From Lama guanicoe (taxonomy: Eukaryota), in contig MU055783.1 in the NCBI GenBank assembly GCA_013239625.1, positions 17,342,991-17,406,990 of the forward strand: a DNA stretch of 64,000 nt. Reading direction: 5' to 3'. The position numbers and the translations under genes were made by a program. Positions 1 to 12,982 of the stretch are shown piece after piece (positions within the stretch are counted from its first letter, which is position 1; each line of letters opens with the position of its first letter). The notes beneath the pieces were generated by a model. It saw only the letters and a program-made list of their open reading frames with translations. It was not told the origin of the DNA and searched no databases.

Positions 1-524
1 CTAGTGGTTACTTGAGGAAGAACCCGTATGGCCGCCCTGACTTTGGGGATAGGACCAGAGAAGCCGTTAGGACCCAGGCTCTGCCACTGCGTTATTCAGG
101 TCTGTTGTGATGCAGATGCCAAGACAGGGTGAGGTGTCCAAGAAATTTCTTGTGGGGGGGGGCAGGGGAAGTCAGGGAGAGTGGAGATGGGCATTGGGCA
201 TTTGTGGAAGGAGAAAAGGAAGGAAGCCTCATGCAGTGAGGGCCACGAACGGTTCAGCCAGGTCCCCAGATGTCCTGGAGCCGAAGGTACCTGCTGGAGG
301 AGTCCCAGTCCTTGCGGGGATATGTGGGTCTCAGCATGCCTGCTGTGCCCGGCCAGTGGGGGAGAGCGGCCTGCGGGAGGTGTGGCTTTGCCTCAGTTGT
401 GGCAGCAGGTCCAGCTGGGCAGAACCTGGGACCGTCAGTTGTGCTCCCTGCACCCGGAGAGCTGATTGTGCATTTTCCTGACCCCTAGAGCTACTGATGA
501 GCTCTGACTGTGTGTTTGTTAATA

Positions 525-900
525 CACTGAACAAACATCTATGGAGCACCTACTGTGCACTTGGCACTTGCTGATATGGGAGCAGATGGTGAACAAGGAA
601 ATCCCTGTCCTAGGAGAGGCCCAAGTCAGCAGAGGCGATGAAGCAGGGAATGGGGTGTGACCCACACTGGGAGCGTGCCATGGGATCCCACAGGAGGGAC
701 CTCTGTCTCACCAGGGGCATCCAGAGAATGTTCTAGGAGAAGCCACTGTCTTAAGGTGAGACTGAAAGATTCAGGGTGAGTGAACCTAGCAAGAGGTGGC
801 GAAACTTGCATGGAAAGGGAAAGCCTAACAGGTCAGAGAGAAGGCGGTGGGTGTTCAGGTCTGCCGGTTGTCATTCTGGCAGCTGGTGGGGAGGAGGAGC
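525..900 (-). mobile_element. LINE-2 fragment (degenerate)
   Basis: aacaaacatctatggagcacctactgtg..gcac resembles the reverse-complement L2 3' end, followed by purine-rich L2 body. Confidence 0.5.
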
Positions 901-984
901 GATTTTCAGGGGCGTCTAGAGCAGTCTGTGGTGTGGCGCAATTGTGTGGGGCTTGTGAACCAAGGGAAGGATGTCAGCTGTGTG

Positions 985-1205
985 TTTAGGGGTCAAGAGA
1001 CTGATGAATGGGTCACATCAAGCTCTACCACTTCCCAGCTGTGCTACCCTGGGCCAGTTACTTAACCTCTCTGTGCTTCAGTTGTCACATCTGTAAAATG
1101 GGATAGAGGTAGTTCTGTTTCCTGGGGTCACGAAGATTGAATGGCTGTCTGTGAGGCTCTTAGAACAGTACCTGTCACGTGGTGAGCATTCAGCAAATGT
1201 CAGGT
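985..1205 (+). mobile_element. MIR SINE
   Basis: Core ctgggccagttacttaacctctctgtgcttcagttgtcacatctgtaaaatggg. Confidence 0.8.
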
Positions 1206-2159
1206 GTCGCTCTTGTCATCACTCCATGCGTTCAGAACTGTCCTCAGTGCCTGTCAGCTGTCATCGGTCACCAGGCTTATCAAAACAACACAACTAATAC
1301 ATTTTCTGAATGAATGATGGAGCGCTTGTGGTGTTATCTCCACAGCTCAGCAGGAAGCTGCTCTGAGTAATATTGCCAAAAACAAAAATGAAAAATGAAG
1401 AGAGAAGCCTCAACGACGAAGTTTTCCTTGAGTTCTCCCTTGAACAGCAACGGAGGGAGGCTGTCAGCTGTTCCCCACCGGGGCTGCTGGGCTCTTAGGG
1501 ACAGCCCTTAATCAGCATTTCCTACAGCGGGCTTGGTCGGTCACCCGACTCGTGGTCAGTGTAGATGTGGGGACAACCCAAAACCCGCCGAAACGGAACG
1601 TCTGCCAGTGAAGCCCAAGAACCTGCACCTCAACAAGCAGCCCAGGGCAGTCTTGGGCCCGGGACGTTCAGAGACGTTCTTGTCCTGTGATGTAACTAAC
1701 AGTCTCATGAGGGAGGAAGTTACTTAGGACAAATCCTGCACTGTCAGCCTCTTTCGCTATCAGGGGAGAGGGGATACCCGACAGAGCACCCCTCCTGAGC
1801 AGCCCAGGCAGGTAAGGCCAGCTAGTGTGCTGGCCTCCAAGGCAAAACGTTCTGAACAGAGAGGGCGAAGTAACGTGCCGGCGACGTGCCCAGGGTTAGT
1901 GCTTTGTTTTGCTTTTGAGGTGCTTTCACGCATATTGTCTCCTAAAGAAAGCAGATGGATCGCTGGTGCCGTCCTGCACTGCCCATGAAAGAAAATGACT
2001 TCATCTGAGCCAGAAGTGCAAGTCCCACCCAGAGGTGCCCGGCCTTTGGAAATCTCAACAAGGAACGCCGACAAGATTAAATCCCCATTAACAGTGGGTG
2101 TCTCTGGGAGGTGGGATAATGGACAGCTGCCCTTTTCTAGCTCACTGTAATTTTTGCAC

Positions 2160-2400
2160 AGAATGTGGTGTGCTTCCCAGTGCCCAAGCCTGGCACGAGC
2201 CTGCCTGGGTTTGTCCTGGTTCCTCTGCATACTGGGCAAGTTGTCGAATCTCTCTGTCCCTCAGCTTACGCATCTGTAAAATGGGGAATAATCAAATGGT
2301 ATCGACCTCATAGAATTTATATGTATTTATTATACCTATTAGGTGTTTAGACAGTGCCTGACACTTACTAAGCTCTTGAGAAGAATTAGCCATTATTATT
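2160..2400 (+). mobile_element. MIR SINE
   Basis: ctgggcaagttg..tctctctgtccctcagct..catctgtaaaatggggaataat..cagtgcctgacac. Confidence 0.75.
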
Positions 2401-4224
2401 ACTACTATCATATCTTTACATCCCTGCAACAAGTAGTTTTGGGGTGATTTTAAAAAAGTGTGTTAAGAGAAAGGCTGCCCAGATCATAGAAGCTCATGCG
2501 TGAAGGTCTAAAAAATCTGCCCTGAAGACCAATAGGGGTTCAAGAGGATCCAGCCCTGTGGTTTGGGGTCTGATTTTTTCATCTCTGCAGTGAGGGGTGA
2601 GAGTCCCGTCCGTGCATCAGCCTGTGCTTCTTGGGGTGCCAAGGGCTAGTGCCCCCGGGGGAGAGGGGGAGCAGCAGAACAAAGGGGCTTTGGGATGGGG
2701 ACCCTTCTCTCTCTGAGAGCAAAGTTGCTACACGTCTCTCTCCTTTTTTAAAACCTCTTGGGCTTCGCATGAGAGTTCATTTTCACAGAGGGTCTGCTAT
2801 GGACCGAAAGAGTCAAATCCCACTGGATCAGATCCCGAAGAAGTCCCTTTTCCCCGCTTTAGGCTCGCCTTGACATCTGTGATTCCAAAGGCAGCACTGT
2901 AATTGTCCTTTTCCTGAACAAAGCTCACTTCCAACTATCATAGCATGGGCGTTCTCAGAAATTTATTTCTTTTAATGAGCCCAGCTCTGCTTTCTGGAAC
3001 TCTTTAACGGTAGCAGTGGGGCGCCTGAGGTGTTAATGAGTTCCCTGTTTTTAGAACTGCTCAGGCTTAGGGTGATTTGAAGTCCCGGCATCACCGATTG
3101 TTTGCTGTCTGGCCGGGTGGGTCTCTCTGCCTGCTGAGCAGGGGACGCGAGGACGTGGGCAGAGAGGTTTGGTGCCGCGGGTGGTTGGTGCCAGGGACAC
3201 CACTGATCTGAGTATCACTGGTGACCAGTAAACATCCGCTTACCATCCTCAGGCAGCAGAGCAGACCTGTCCTTGGTTGCAGACAGTTTCCAGGCCCTCT
3301 GTCTCCCTCCAGTGCTGCTGACCTTGCCCAGGGGCCGTGTGCTGCTAGGAGCCAGGCTTTTGCAGTTCCCACAGGGGCTGGGGCTGCCTGGAATGGTTGA
3401 TTCCCCTCCTAGAAGTCGTGCATCCCTCTTTAAAACAGTTGCCCTACAGCTAGCGGTCAGCCACGCCCTCGGTCATGGCCCTGGACGGGGTTCCCGTAGA
3501 GCCAATCAGGGCCACACGTTCCCATTGCTCTGCCGGGCAATTTCAGAAAACAGCCCACGGATGGTACAATCATGCTCTGATACAAACCAAACCTTGGCAA
3601 GTGTGAACGATGAAAACAATACGTATGTGGGACGCGCTCTGCCCGTGCTTTCTCTTTAATGTCCCAGTTCTCGTGCCAGGTTTCCCCTGCGTGTTCTGCA
3701 TTTCAAAAATATTTTGTTTTCTATTCCAGACAGTGGGAGGACAAAGGCAGATTTGTTTCATCACTTAATGTGCTAATTCTGCCAGGCTTTTTCTCCCACC
3801 GATTAGCAGTCCTCCTGAAAGTGTTGTATTGAAGGCTGGCCTTTAGGAAGATTACAGAGGAGCAGGACCGTATCTCCGCGGTCTGTGTATGGCTGCAGAG
3901 GACACGAGTAACATCACAACACAACAAACACTTTAGAAAACTAAACGGTGCTTCTGTGAGTGGCTTCTAGGGTCGGCTGGCGTGCCGCAGCTGAGCAGGA
4001 TAGTGGGGCAGACCTGATTTTGTTCTTGACCCTGGGTGAAACTTAGGGCATGTGATTTTACTTTTCCGAGCCTTCCTTTCCTTCTAAGTAGAAACCTGCC
4101 CTCTGGCATCTGCCTAGAGGTGTTAGTTATTTACAGGACTGACATCACCTAGTTTTTTTGCTTCCCTTCTGATGGAAGTATAGAACTGGAAGAGCAGCAG
4201 AGGCTGCTCCTTAGGAAGAATGAA

Positions 4225-4360
4225 GATGGATGGATGGATCAATGTATGTATATATGGATGGATGGACTGACGGATAGACTGACGGATAGATGGATTGATA
4301 GAAGACTAGATCAATGTATGTACATATGGATGGATGGATAGATGGATTGATGGATCGATT
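4225..4360. repeat. (GATG/GATA)n compound microsatellite with an internal duplication
   Basis: Seen directly; gatcaatgtatgtaYatatggatggatgga occurs at 4237 and 4309. Confidence 0.85.
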
Positions 4361-5737
4361 GTTGTCCAAAGACAGAGACCTCTTGCTTTATACCTGCATC
4401 CCTGCCCAGAAGCCTTCCCACCCTCCACCCCAGGCTAGGTAGATTCACCTTGTCCCTGTTCCCTTACACGTGTAAACAAGCAGATACAGTAAAGAGCATT
4501 AGGTACCATCTTCCAGGTGACATTAGAAGCTTCAGAACAGCCAGGAACGGCCCTGCATACATCTTGGTCACTGTTGTCTCCATACCAAACCATGTCAGCT
4601 CCTGGCACAGGAAGGATGCTCAGTACACATTTTTGAATGAACCAGTGAGAGAACCATGACTCTTTATAAGGACGTGTGATGGCAGATCCTTGCTTGTCTT
4701 CTTGTATCCTTCTCACATTGCTGCTCCCCCAGAGCTGGTTTTCCCTTACCAGGGAGCCAGATGGGAATGCTCGGCAGGACCAGGATTCTTCCCACCAGTA
4801 ACACGCACATGCACAAGCACAAGCACACACACGGACGTGCACACACAGTCTCTCCCTCAGGACATTTAAAGGGGTCACTTGACGGGTTTGCTTTAACAGC
4901 CTGACCTCCTCTCCTCCTTTTCTGAGTCCCCCGTCCTAATTCTTCCTCGTTAATGAGTCATTCTTCTGAGGGTATATTCCTCCAGGCGCTTTCTCTTCTC
5001 TCTGGGTCCCAGGGATGTGGCCTTGGACTTCCGTAGCTGCAGTTTTCTCCTCTAGAGGAGGGGAGGAAGGGCCCCACGTAGGGGGAGTGCCCGGCACGGG
5101 GGTTGGTGTAGTGTGAGGGCTCAGTAGACGCTGCCTTGAGTTTGTTTTGATCCTTAGTAATAGGGAGTATGAGTAGTAACAGCCTCCAGTGGCTCCCGGG
5201 TCGCCCATGGAAACAGCTGAGACTCAGAAGTATCTTTGGCCTGGCCTCCCCCCTGCCTCCCCTGCCCAGCTTCCCTGTCTCACACCCCAGTGCCTTTGCA
5301 CATGCTTCTTGCCTCTGTGCCTCTGTCCTCCTGGCACAGCCTTGGAACCTCCAAGGAGGCCCCCTGCCAGGAGCAAAGGGCCGTGTCTTCCTTTGTGCTT
5401 CTGCTCAGTCTCAGGGTTCCTCTGACGCACGAGCCTTGCTGTACTAGCTTGACGTGCTTTTATGTCTGTGTCCTCCTCGGACTCTTTCAGTCAAGGCTGC
5501 ATCCCTGGCATTGGGTATGGCTGATGCTCACTGTGACTGACACTCGTTGTGGAATGAGTGAGTGTTTGAGTGACATGAAATCCAGAGCAGGCCTGCTGGT
5601 GTGGAGGGCAAGCCCTGGGACTGTGTGAGATTATGGACAGAGACTTAGGAGTCACCCTTGGGGCCTCTCTTGGTAAAGAACTACCTCTTCTCCCTAATCT
5701 AGTCCATCCTCAAGACTGGTCAGCTCTACCCCTAAAG

Positions 5738-5955
5738 CGGGAGATCTCAACCAGGGGTGATTTTGACTTCCAGGGTCATTTGGCAATGTCCGGGGGCATT
5801 TTTGACTGCCACAGCTGGGCGTGCTCCTGGCATCTAGTGGTTGGAGGCCAGGGATGCTGTGAAATGTCCTTCCGTGCACAGGACAGCCCACCCACCCCCA
5901 CTCCAAAGAATTCTCCAGCCCAAATGTCAGTAGTGCCGAGATTACAACATTCCAG
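5738..5955 (+). mobile_element. MER20 (hAT-Charlie non-autonomous DNA transposon)
   Basis: ctcaaccaggggtgattttg..catttggcaatgtc..ctggcatctagtggttggaggccagggatgctg..caaagaattctccagcccaaatgtcagtagtgccgag; flanks ccctaaag/gcctagag resemble a diverged 8-bp TSD. Confidence 0.88.
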
Positions 5956-6029
5956 CCTAGAGGGTTCTGGGTCCATTCATGGCTCTCCGTCCTCCCCACT
6001 CCAGCATGAGGTCAAGGCACCCTTGTCAC

Positions 6030-6555
6030 CCCCTAGGATGGTCTTCCTGGCTTTGCCTCCACGCCCTCCATCCATTCTTCACCAGGCAGCTGGGTGATCT
6101 TTTATAAAGACACATCAAATAAAATCACTCCCCTGGAACTCTTCCCATCACACTTGGATTCGAACCCTGACTCCTTAGCCAGGCCGAAGATGCCCTCCCT
6201 GACCTGCCTCCTGCTTTCGCCCACCCCGCCAGCACTCTGCTCTGGCCCCACCCTGCCACCCTTCTTTCTGTTGTCTGTTTTCAGGTGTGTCCTGAAGATG
6301 GGCTCTCTGCCCGAGATCCTCTCCCCTCATCTCTGCTCGGCTGGCTTCTTCTGTCATTCAGATTTCACTGTAACTGCTTCTGCCTGATGACGCAGACTAA
6401 CCACAGTGCCTCACTGTCACGCTGTCTGGCATCTCCACAGCGCTTGGCGCCTTCTGGTTTTAGTTGTTTGTTTTTTAGAGCTCCCCTGCCTGGTGAAGGG
6501 CTGTGTTCACCCCTGCTTAGAACAATGCCTGGCACATAATCAGTTATCACTGAAC
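6030..6555 (+). mobile_element. LINE-2 3' fragment
   Basis: Pyrimidine-rich L2 body ending ttagaacaatgcctggcacataa. Confidence 0.65.
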
Positions 6556-6589
6556 TGTGATGGGAGTAGGAGCAATAGGAATAGTTATA

Positions 6590-6770
6590 CAGCGGAGCCT
6601 AAGCAATGCTCGGAGGGATTTACGCTGAATCCGCACATCATGTCCATTTTACAGATGAGGAAACTGAGGCACCAGAAGTTATATAACTTGTTGAAGATCA
6701 CGTGTCTAGGAAGTGGCAGAGCTGAGATTTGAACTTAAGGAGTTTGACTCCAGAATCTTAATCACTCCTC
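6590..6770 (-). mobile_element. MIR SINE
   Basis: ccattttacagatgaggaaactgaggcaccagaagttatataacttg..aagtggcagagctgagatttgaac. Confidence 0.85.
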
Positions 6771-8019
6771 AGTACTCCACCACACTGCTTGTTGAGTGAT
6801 GTGGAATACAGGTGATACATTCACACCCCTTCTTCCTGGGCTTGCTACAGAGGGCAGTCTTTGCAGGATTGGGATTTAGTCTAATCTGGCTTCAGATTTT
6901 GTGACTCTCTCTCATTTTGTGACTTACTTATGTCGGGGTTATGAGGAGAGAGTACCCCCAAATCTCATCTCATAAATGGTCAGCTTTTAATGTTCTGGAC
7001 CCTTCTCTCCATACTCACCACCAATCATGTTTCCTTCATTGTTTTGGCCACCAGGAAACTCATACTAACATTTGAGCCCTGTTGCTCAGAATCGTGTCAT
7101 ACTTTATGGAACACGTTCTATCTACTACCTTCTTTTCTTTTGCTTTCGCCCATAACATCCTGTTTTCTTCATTTTGATTTCTTTTCCTAAGCCAACTCAG
7201 TTTAAGAATTGAGATGGAGCAGAAACAGACAAATGTATATGGAAAGCATGTCCTTGGGCAAGTTACTTAATCTCTCTGATTCTCCGTGTTCTCTGTACAA
7301 TGTTGGGAATCATTCCTGCCTCCCTGAGTTTTGGTGGAGTGAAGATTGAGTAAAGTCCACAAAAGCCCAAGTGCACATAGTGAACATTTCCTGTTTTTTC
7401 TTATTTACTTCCCTCACTTATAGTGAGTGTGAGGGAATCTCGTGCTAGTACCTGGCCCAGCAGAGGCGTTGGAAGGCACCGGATGGTTGAATATGTCTTG
7501 TCAGATCACTCCTATCCTCTACTAACCAGGGGGCTCCATTACAGAGACCCACGGCAAATGACAGGTGGTCATCTTGTCCTGTTTGGGGTGACTATTTCCA
7601 CTATAGTAAAATGGGTTTTTGAGCAGCAGAAAGATACTAGGTCTAGTAGGTGGGAAAGACTCCACCACCGTGCAGTGGGCTTATGTATAAAGTCTAGGCG
7701 GACAAATAGAAAGCATTTACTGGAAAGAAAATGAGTCAGGCTCCCAGGAACTTTTTATTACCATGGCAACGGGGTATTTAGCCAGTCCTGCTCTGGCTAG
7801 AGTGTACTGTAGTAGTGAGGAATGTCAACTGTTATGTCTCAGTTGCTTATTAGCTCATAAATGGCCCAGTTTACATACTAATTGTTGCTGGAGAAAATAA
7901 CCCTATTTTAAAATGACCCAGTCACTCATTTCTTGGTACTAAGCCACTTTGGGGCTTTAACTAACAAAAACAATAATTATAGTAATGAAGGCTCTTAGCC
8001 TTACTGGTGCCCCACAGCT

Positions 8020-8200
8020 TCTCATTTAATCCTCAGAACCACATCGTAAGGTCATTTCATCATCCCATTTTACAGATGAGAGAGTTAAAGCCCAGGCTAG
8101 TTAGGCAACGCCCAAGGTCACAGTTCTGGGAAGGAGTGGAACCAAGATGTGGACCCAGGTCAGTCTGATTCCGGATCCTTTATCCTTTACCATTAACACA
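8020..8200 (-). mobile_element. MIR SINE
   Basis: ctcatttaatcctcag..cccattttacagatgag..cccaaggtcacag. Confidence 0.75.
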
Positions 8201-8263
8201 GGGTTGTTTCTTTCTTTAAATTAGAAGAGGCAAAAATTCAAGAGTATTGACCTTTCCCTAGTA

Positions 8264-8445
8264 CAGGGTTCTTCCACCTCAAAAGCATTGGCATTTTGGC
8301 CTAGACAGTTCTTTATTGTTTGTTGCGGGGAGGGCTGTCCCGTGCGTGTAGCAGCACCCCTGGTCTGCCCGCTAGACGCCTGTAGTACCACCCCCCACCT
8401 ACCGGTGTTGCCATACATTGCCTGGGGAGCAAACCGGAAGAACTG
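8264..8445 (-). mobile_element. MER20 (second copy, opposite orientation)
   Basis: cagggttcttccacctc..attggcattttggcctagacagttctt..ggctgtcccgtgc..agcagcacccctgg..ctagacgcc is reverse-complement MER20. Confidence 0.75.
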
Positions 8446-8639
8446 GGGAGGAATTGAGCCAATTTAGTACCTCCTTGGAAAAAAGCAACTCTTCCATCTC
8501 TGACGTCGCCAATCCTCCTAGATTTCAGGAGTTGTTAGGAAGTTTTGCTTCTTTATGTACTTGTATTCAGAGCGCTATGCTCCTCATGGCCAATATCTAA
8601 TTTTAGAACATTCTCATCACCCCCCTTCAAAGAAACCTT

Positions 8640-9105
8640 CTATTATTGATTTCTGATTTCATTCCACGGTGATTGGAGGACACGCGTGGTGTGGTCTCAC
8701 TCCTCTTAAATGTACCGAGGTGTGTTCTTTGGCCTCACATTTGGGATTCCCTGGAGGATGTTTCGTGTGCACCTGAAAAGTGCATTCCCTGTTGCTGGCT
8801 GGAGAGTTGTGTGGACGTCTGAGGTCTGGTGGGTTTATTCAGTGTCCTTCGTGCCTCCTGGTTCCTTGCTGGTTCCTTCCTTGGTCCATTATTGAAAGTA
8901 GGGTATTGAGTCTCCAACTCCTACCATTTCACGTCTGTTTCTCCTTTCAATTCTGTCAGTTGTTGCTTCGTGTGTTTTGCAGCTGCTTTTAGGTGCATAT
9001 ATTACGTCTTCCTGATGGTTTGACCATTTCTTTGTCTTTAGGAACATGTTTTGTCTTAAATTCTATTTATTTGTCTGATATTAATATAGTCACTCCAGCT
9101 CCCCT
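8640..9105 (-). mobile_element. Old L1 fragment (ORF2 endonuclease region, degraded)
   Basis: ttgatttctgatttcattcca..gtttcgtgtgcacctgaaaag..ttattgaaagtagggtattgagtctccaact is typical antisense L1M. Confidence 0.7.
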
Positions 9106-10673
9106 GATTTGGGGTAGGTTTTTTTGTTTTTTTAAAGACTCTCCTAGGTTGTTCAAATGTGCAGTCAGGTTTGAGTGTCTCTGCTCTTAGAGGATAAATT
9201 AGAAGCTGAAAATTGATGTTTTGCCTTTAAAGTCAGCCCACAGCTACCACGAGGTGATATCTGTGGGATTATGTGAGTCCTGTGACTGGTGCTGAAAGCG
9301 TCAGAGAAACCTCTGGATGCCTCAGGGAAGACCTTTCCTGGAGCAGGATTTGTGGTGGGTTAAGTACTGTTTTTTTGGAAACGATTGTTTTCCAGTTACC
9401 TCACGGCAGACGAGAATGTTCTCTTGCTCAGCCTGTCAGAGCAGCCAGAGGCTGCCTCCCTTCCTCCCTGTCTGTGCTCTGTTGACATCACCCAACAGAG
9501 GATTGGGTTTCAGAGTGGAAGTCCTGTTGTCTGCAGGTATCACCACGTTTAATCCTTACATCACAGGCCTTTGTCTGGTGCTCTTTGCCGGCATTGTAGT
9601 AACAATGGAGTCAGACTCTGAGCTCCCAGGTTCCTCTGTGGGTGTGGATGTGCGGGGAGGGCCAGGTGAGAGGGACTGTTGGAGACACTTCTCAGAAGCT
9701 AGTCAGACATGAGCTTCCTCTTCACAAGTCTGAAGTTAAAGGGTATGCACAGAAATTCGGGTGTTTTAAGAAGGAAACCTCCAAGTTTATCAGGGGCCCA
9801 GAGGGGCGGGCGAGGGTGAAGGCTTTGAAAAGTAAAACCTTTTGGCAAAGATGACACTCCTTGTCCTGCAAGATGGAAGGTGATCTAGCATGAATTCTTT
9901 TTGTTTTTATTCAAACCTGAAAACTATCTTTGATTCTTACATCTCTCCCACTTTTTCTCTCTTTTTTTTTACTTTCTCTTCTCGAGTCTTAGGAATTGTC
10001 CCTTGCTATCTATCACCTCTCACGGAGCCGGAGGATGCCTTTTTTGAAGTATTCTTTTTAAGGTGGAAACCTTTCTGTTCCATCCATGTCTGCTCCCACA
10101 TCTGCTCTTAATCCCAGGGACCCTGATCCACTCTCAGGAAGTTTTTCCTCCAAGCAGTAGAAAGCCTCCAGAAGCTAAGTTATCTGACCTGCATTTATTT
10201 ATTATCGTCTTAGAGCTTTTTTTTTCCTCTCAAGATTTGTCTCTAGAAGAATCAGTTGGGAATGTCTTGGTTTCCGCTTGTAGACTCTCTGGAATTTTCA
10301 TTTCATTCATACGTGTGCACACAAATGTACCTGCATGCACTTACGTATGTGCGTTATAAATAGCCAAAGTAAGTCACCTGAAAAAACCTTTAGTTTCTAA
10401 AATAATGTCCTAATCCCACACATGCTAACCTGTTTTGCCTTTTTTCCCTGTCATTCTTAATAATAAAATTATTTTAAAGGGCAGTGGCAGGCACTTTGAA
10501 TTCCCAGATCGCTTATAGTGTGTTTTTCCCTAAAAACCCAAAGAATATTACGGACTTGGCTCACTTCAGGTCCCTCGGGGCTTTGGGGGAGTGAGGGGGA
10601 CATTTCCTTGACTTACAGAGCCCCATAATATCCTTGTGAGTCCATAAAAGTTATCTTTATAAAAAACAAACCT

Positions 10674-10812
10674 GGAGAGGGAGTGTATAGCTCAGTGGTC
10701 GAGTGCATGCCTGGCATGTGTGAGGTCTCGGGTTCAATCCCCAGTACCTCCATTAGAAAAAAAAAAAGAATAAATAAGTAAACCTAATTACCACCCCCTC
10801 ATACAAAAAAAA
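10674..10812 (+). mobile_element. tRNA-Ala-derived SINE, Vic-1-like (camelid)
   Basis: Pol III A box TAGCTCAGTGG 10688-10698, B box GGTTCAATCCC 10731-10741, then ccagtacctccatt-A-rich-aaacctaattacc tail and terminal A run. tRNA-like head lacks an intact cloverleaf. Confidence 0.85.
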
Positions 10813-11149
10813 CCCCGACACATCACTTTTCATGAAGATGCTGCTGGTTCACAGGATAAGTGTCCAGACTCCTGCCTGCATCTCTTGCAACCTCACCTCC
10901 TGCCACGTTCTGTATTCTGAATGCTCTCTGACTCCTCCGGGTCTCCGTATAAACCACACCCTGTCACCGTTCAGGTCATTCGTTTTGCCTGGAATGCCCC
11001 CACCCTTGTTCTTCACCTACACGCTCCTTCTCTTTATCTCCAAATGGAATAGCACTGCCTTGTGTGCTGTGCTCCCTCGTCCCCAGGCTGCCTGTGCCTG
11101 AGCCGTGCTCTCTTTCTGAAGTTCGTCTTGCAGTCTGCCCATCCCCCAC

Positions 11150-11335
11150 ATATTTTTATTTGTTGAATATAGTTGATTTACAGGGTTTCAGGTGTACAGC
11201 AAAGTGATTCAGTTTTATATATATATATATACATGTACATATATATATAGCTGTTTCAGATTCTTTTATAGGTTATTACAAGGTATACAGTAGGTCCTTG
11301 TTGTTTAATCTATTTTATATGTAGCATGTGTATGC
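11150..11335 (-). mobile_element. 5'-truncated cetartiodactyl-type L1 3' end
   Basis: tatagttgatttacagggtttcaggtgtacagcaaagtgattcagtt(TA)n..ggttattacaag..tacagtaggtccttgttgttt; flanks catcccccacatatt / cattccctgacatatt resemble a TSD. Confidence 0.85.
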
Positions 11336-11379
11336 ATTCCCTGACATATTGATTAAGCATCCATTGCTGGGTAGAAACT

Positions 11380-11560
11380 GAAAATAATAGTAATAACTAA
11401 TAACTATAATAATAATAGCTAATACTGTGTGATAATACTGTATAATACTGTATAACACTAAATACTACCTACTCTATTTTATAGTGTAATATCATGTAGT
11501 AATAGCTAATATGTAACGTATACCATAGCAGCTAATACAGCATGAACTCTCATACCTAAT
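11380..11560. repeat. AT-rich low-complexity tract with three near-tandem taatactgt units
   Basis: Seen directly; abuts a MIR tail. Confidence 0.7.
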
Positions 11561-11589
11561 AGTATTTTCCAGAGAAAGCTCTAAGCAAT

Positions 11590-11790
11590 TATTATCTTAT
11601 CTCATTTAATCCCCACAGCATCTCAGTGAGGGAGGTACTGTTCGTATCACCATTTGCTAATACAGACACGGAGACACAGAGAGGTGAGATGACTTTCAGT
11701 GCATCACATGGCTAGTAAGTGGTCCCAAAGCACTTGGTTCAGTATTTGAACCCTGGCAGGCTGACGTACAGCTCCACATTAAGTATAAGA
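11590..11790 (-). mobile_element. MIR SINE
   Basis: atctcatttaatccccacagca..cacagagaggtgagatgact..cacatggctagtaagtgg..tttgaaccctggcag. Confidence 0.75.
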
Positions 11791-12964
11791 CGGTGGTGAA
11801 AGGCAGGTGTTTGTAAGAAACTTATACATAGCTCTTACTGCATCTCGTGGCAGTTACCTGTTTACTGTCCTTTTCTCCCGCTCTTCCGGGCCAGGGGTTC
11901 CTTAGCGAGGGGCTCCTTGCTGGCAGAAGTTGTGTTTGATTCTCTTTGCAACCCTAACGCGTGGTCCGACATGTACCATAGAGAGACTCTGAGCACTGAT
12001 GTTAATGGAACCAGTACCTGAAAGAGTAAGGCCTTAGCTGAGGTAAACGTTCCATTGATTTCCACCTGGTTTTTCTCAGGGCCATCCGTGTACGGGAGGA
12101 CAAGCCATCTGTGGAGCCCTGAGCCGTGTTAGGGCAGGGAGGCTATTATCAGATCCCTACTAGGTGTCAAGCATTACGCCCTATTCCTTACACGCAGCAG
12201 CTTATACTGAGGTCTGTGCTCTCCTGTGCCCCCTTTACCGATGGGGATCCTGAGGCCAGTGGAGGTGAAGTGACTCAGCTATTATGTGGCAGAACCGGGG
12301 ATAGAAACTCAGACTCTCTCTACCCTAAGCCCTCCTCCCCTCTTAGCCCCAAGGCTACAGACTTCCTATTCTTGTTATAAAAGGGGAGATGTTTATAAAG
12401 AATTTTCTCGCAGAGCTGTTTCAACTAGATGCCTTCTGTCTCTATTCATATTCCTCTTACCTTGTGGTCTTCTGCTCTCCCCACCACCAGTGTGTATCTC
12501 TCGAACACAAGATGACATTTTAAGAAGAAATAATACATTGTGATATCTGATCAATAAAACAGTGGAGTCCTCTGCAGTAGCCGTGTGGAGTTGAGCTGCT
12601 GGATGGCAAAGGCCTTTTTTTTTTTGCTCAAGCAATAATGAGTTTGCAAAGGCTTGGATTCCAGGCCTGGATTTGGCTTGCTGGGCTGTTTATCATCTGC
12701 TTTTGGACCATGTGAAAGGTTTCTCTCCCTCCCAGACTTCTTAGACAATCCAGAGATATATTGCTTTTTAAAAGTCTGTTATTTTTATAAGGCTGTTTTG
12801 CTTTCTTGCCCTCCACCATGAAGTCATTTTTGACTTTTAAAAGGAACCATAGTTTGACTTTTACAAAGTGAACCAGGGGACTGAATATAGTAGCGACTTC
12901 AGATCCATCGCTTTTTGCAAAGTTTTTAGCCAGCAGTGGCTGTGTGTGGGTTTTCACACTGGGG

Positions 12965-12982
12965 GTGTGTGTGTGTGTGTGT
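12965..12982. repeat. (GT)n microsatellite
   Basis: Seen directly. Confidence 0.85.

Noticed and set aside
10674-10752. Possible tRNA-Ala gene
   Set aside because: The stems carry mismatches and the head runs into a SINE body and A tail instead of a T-run terminator.
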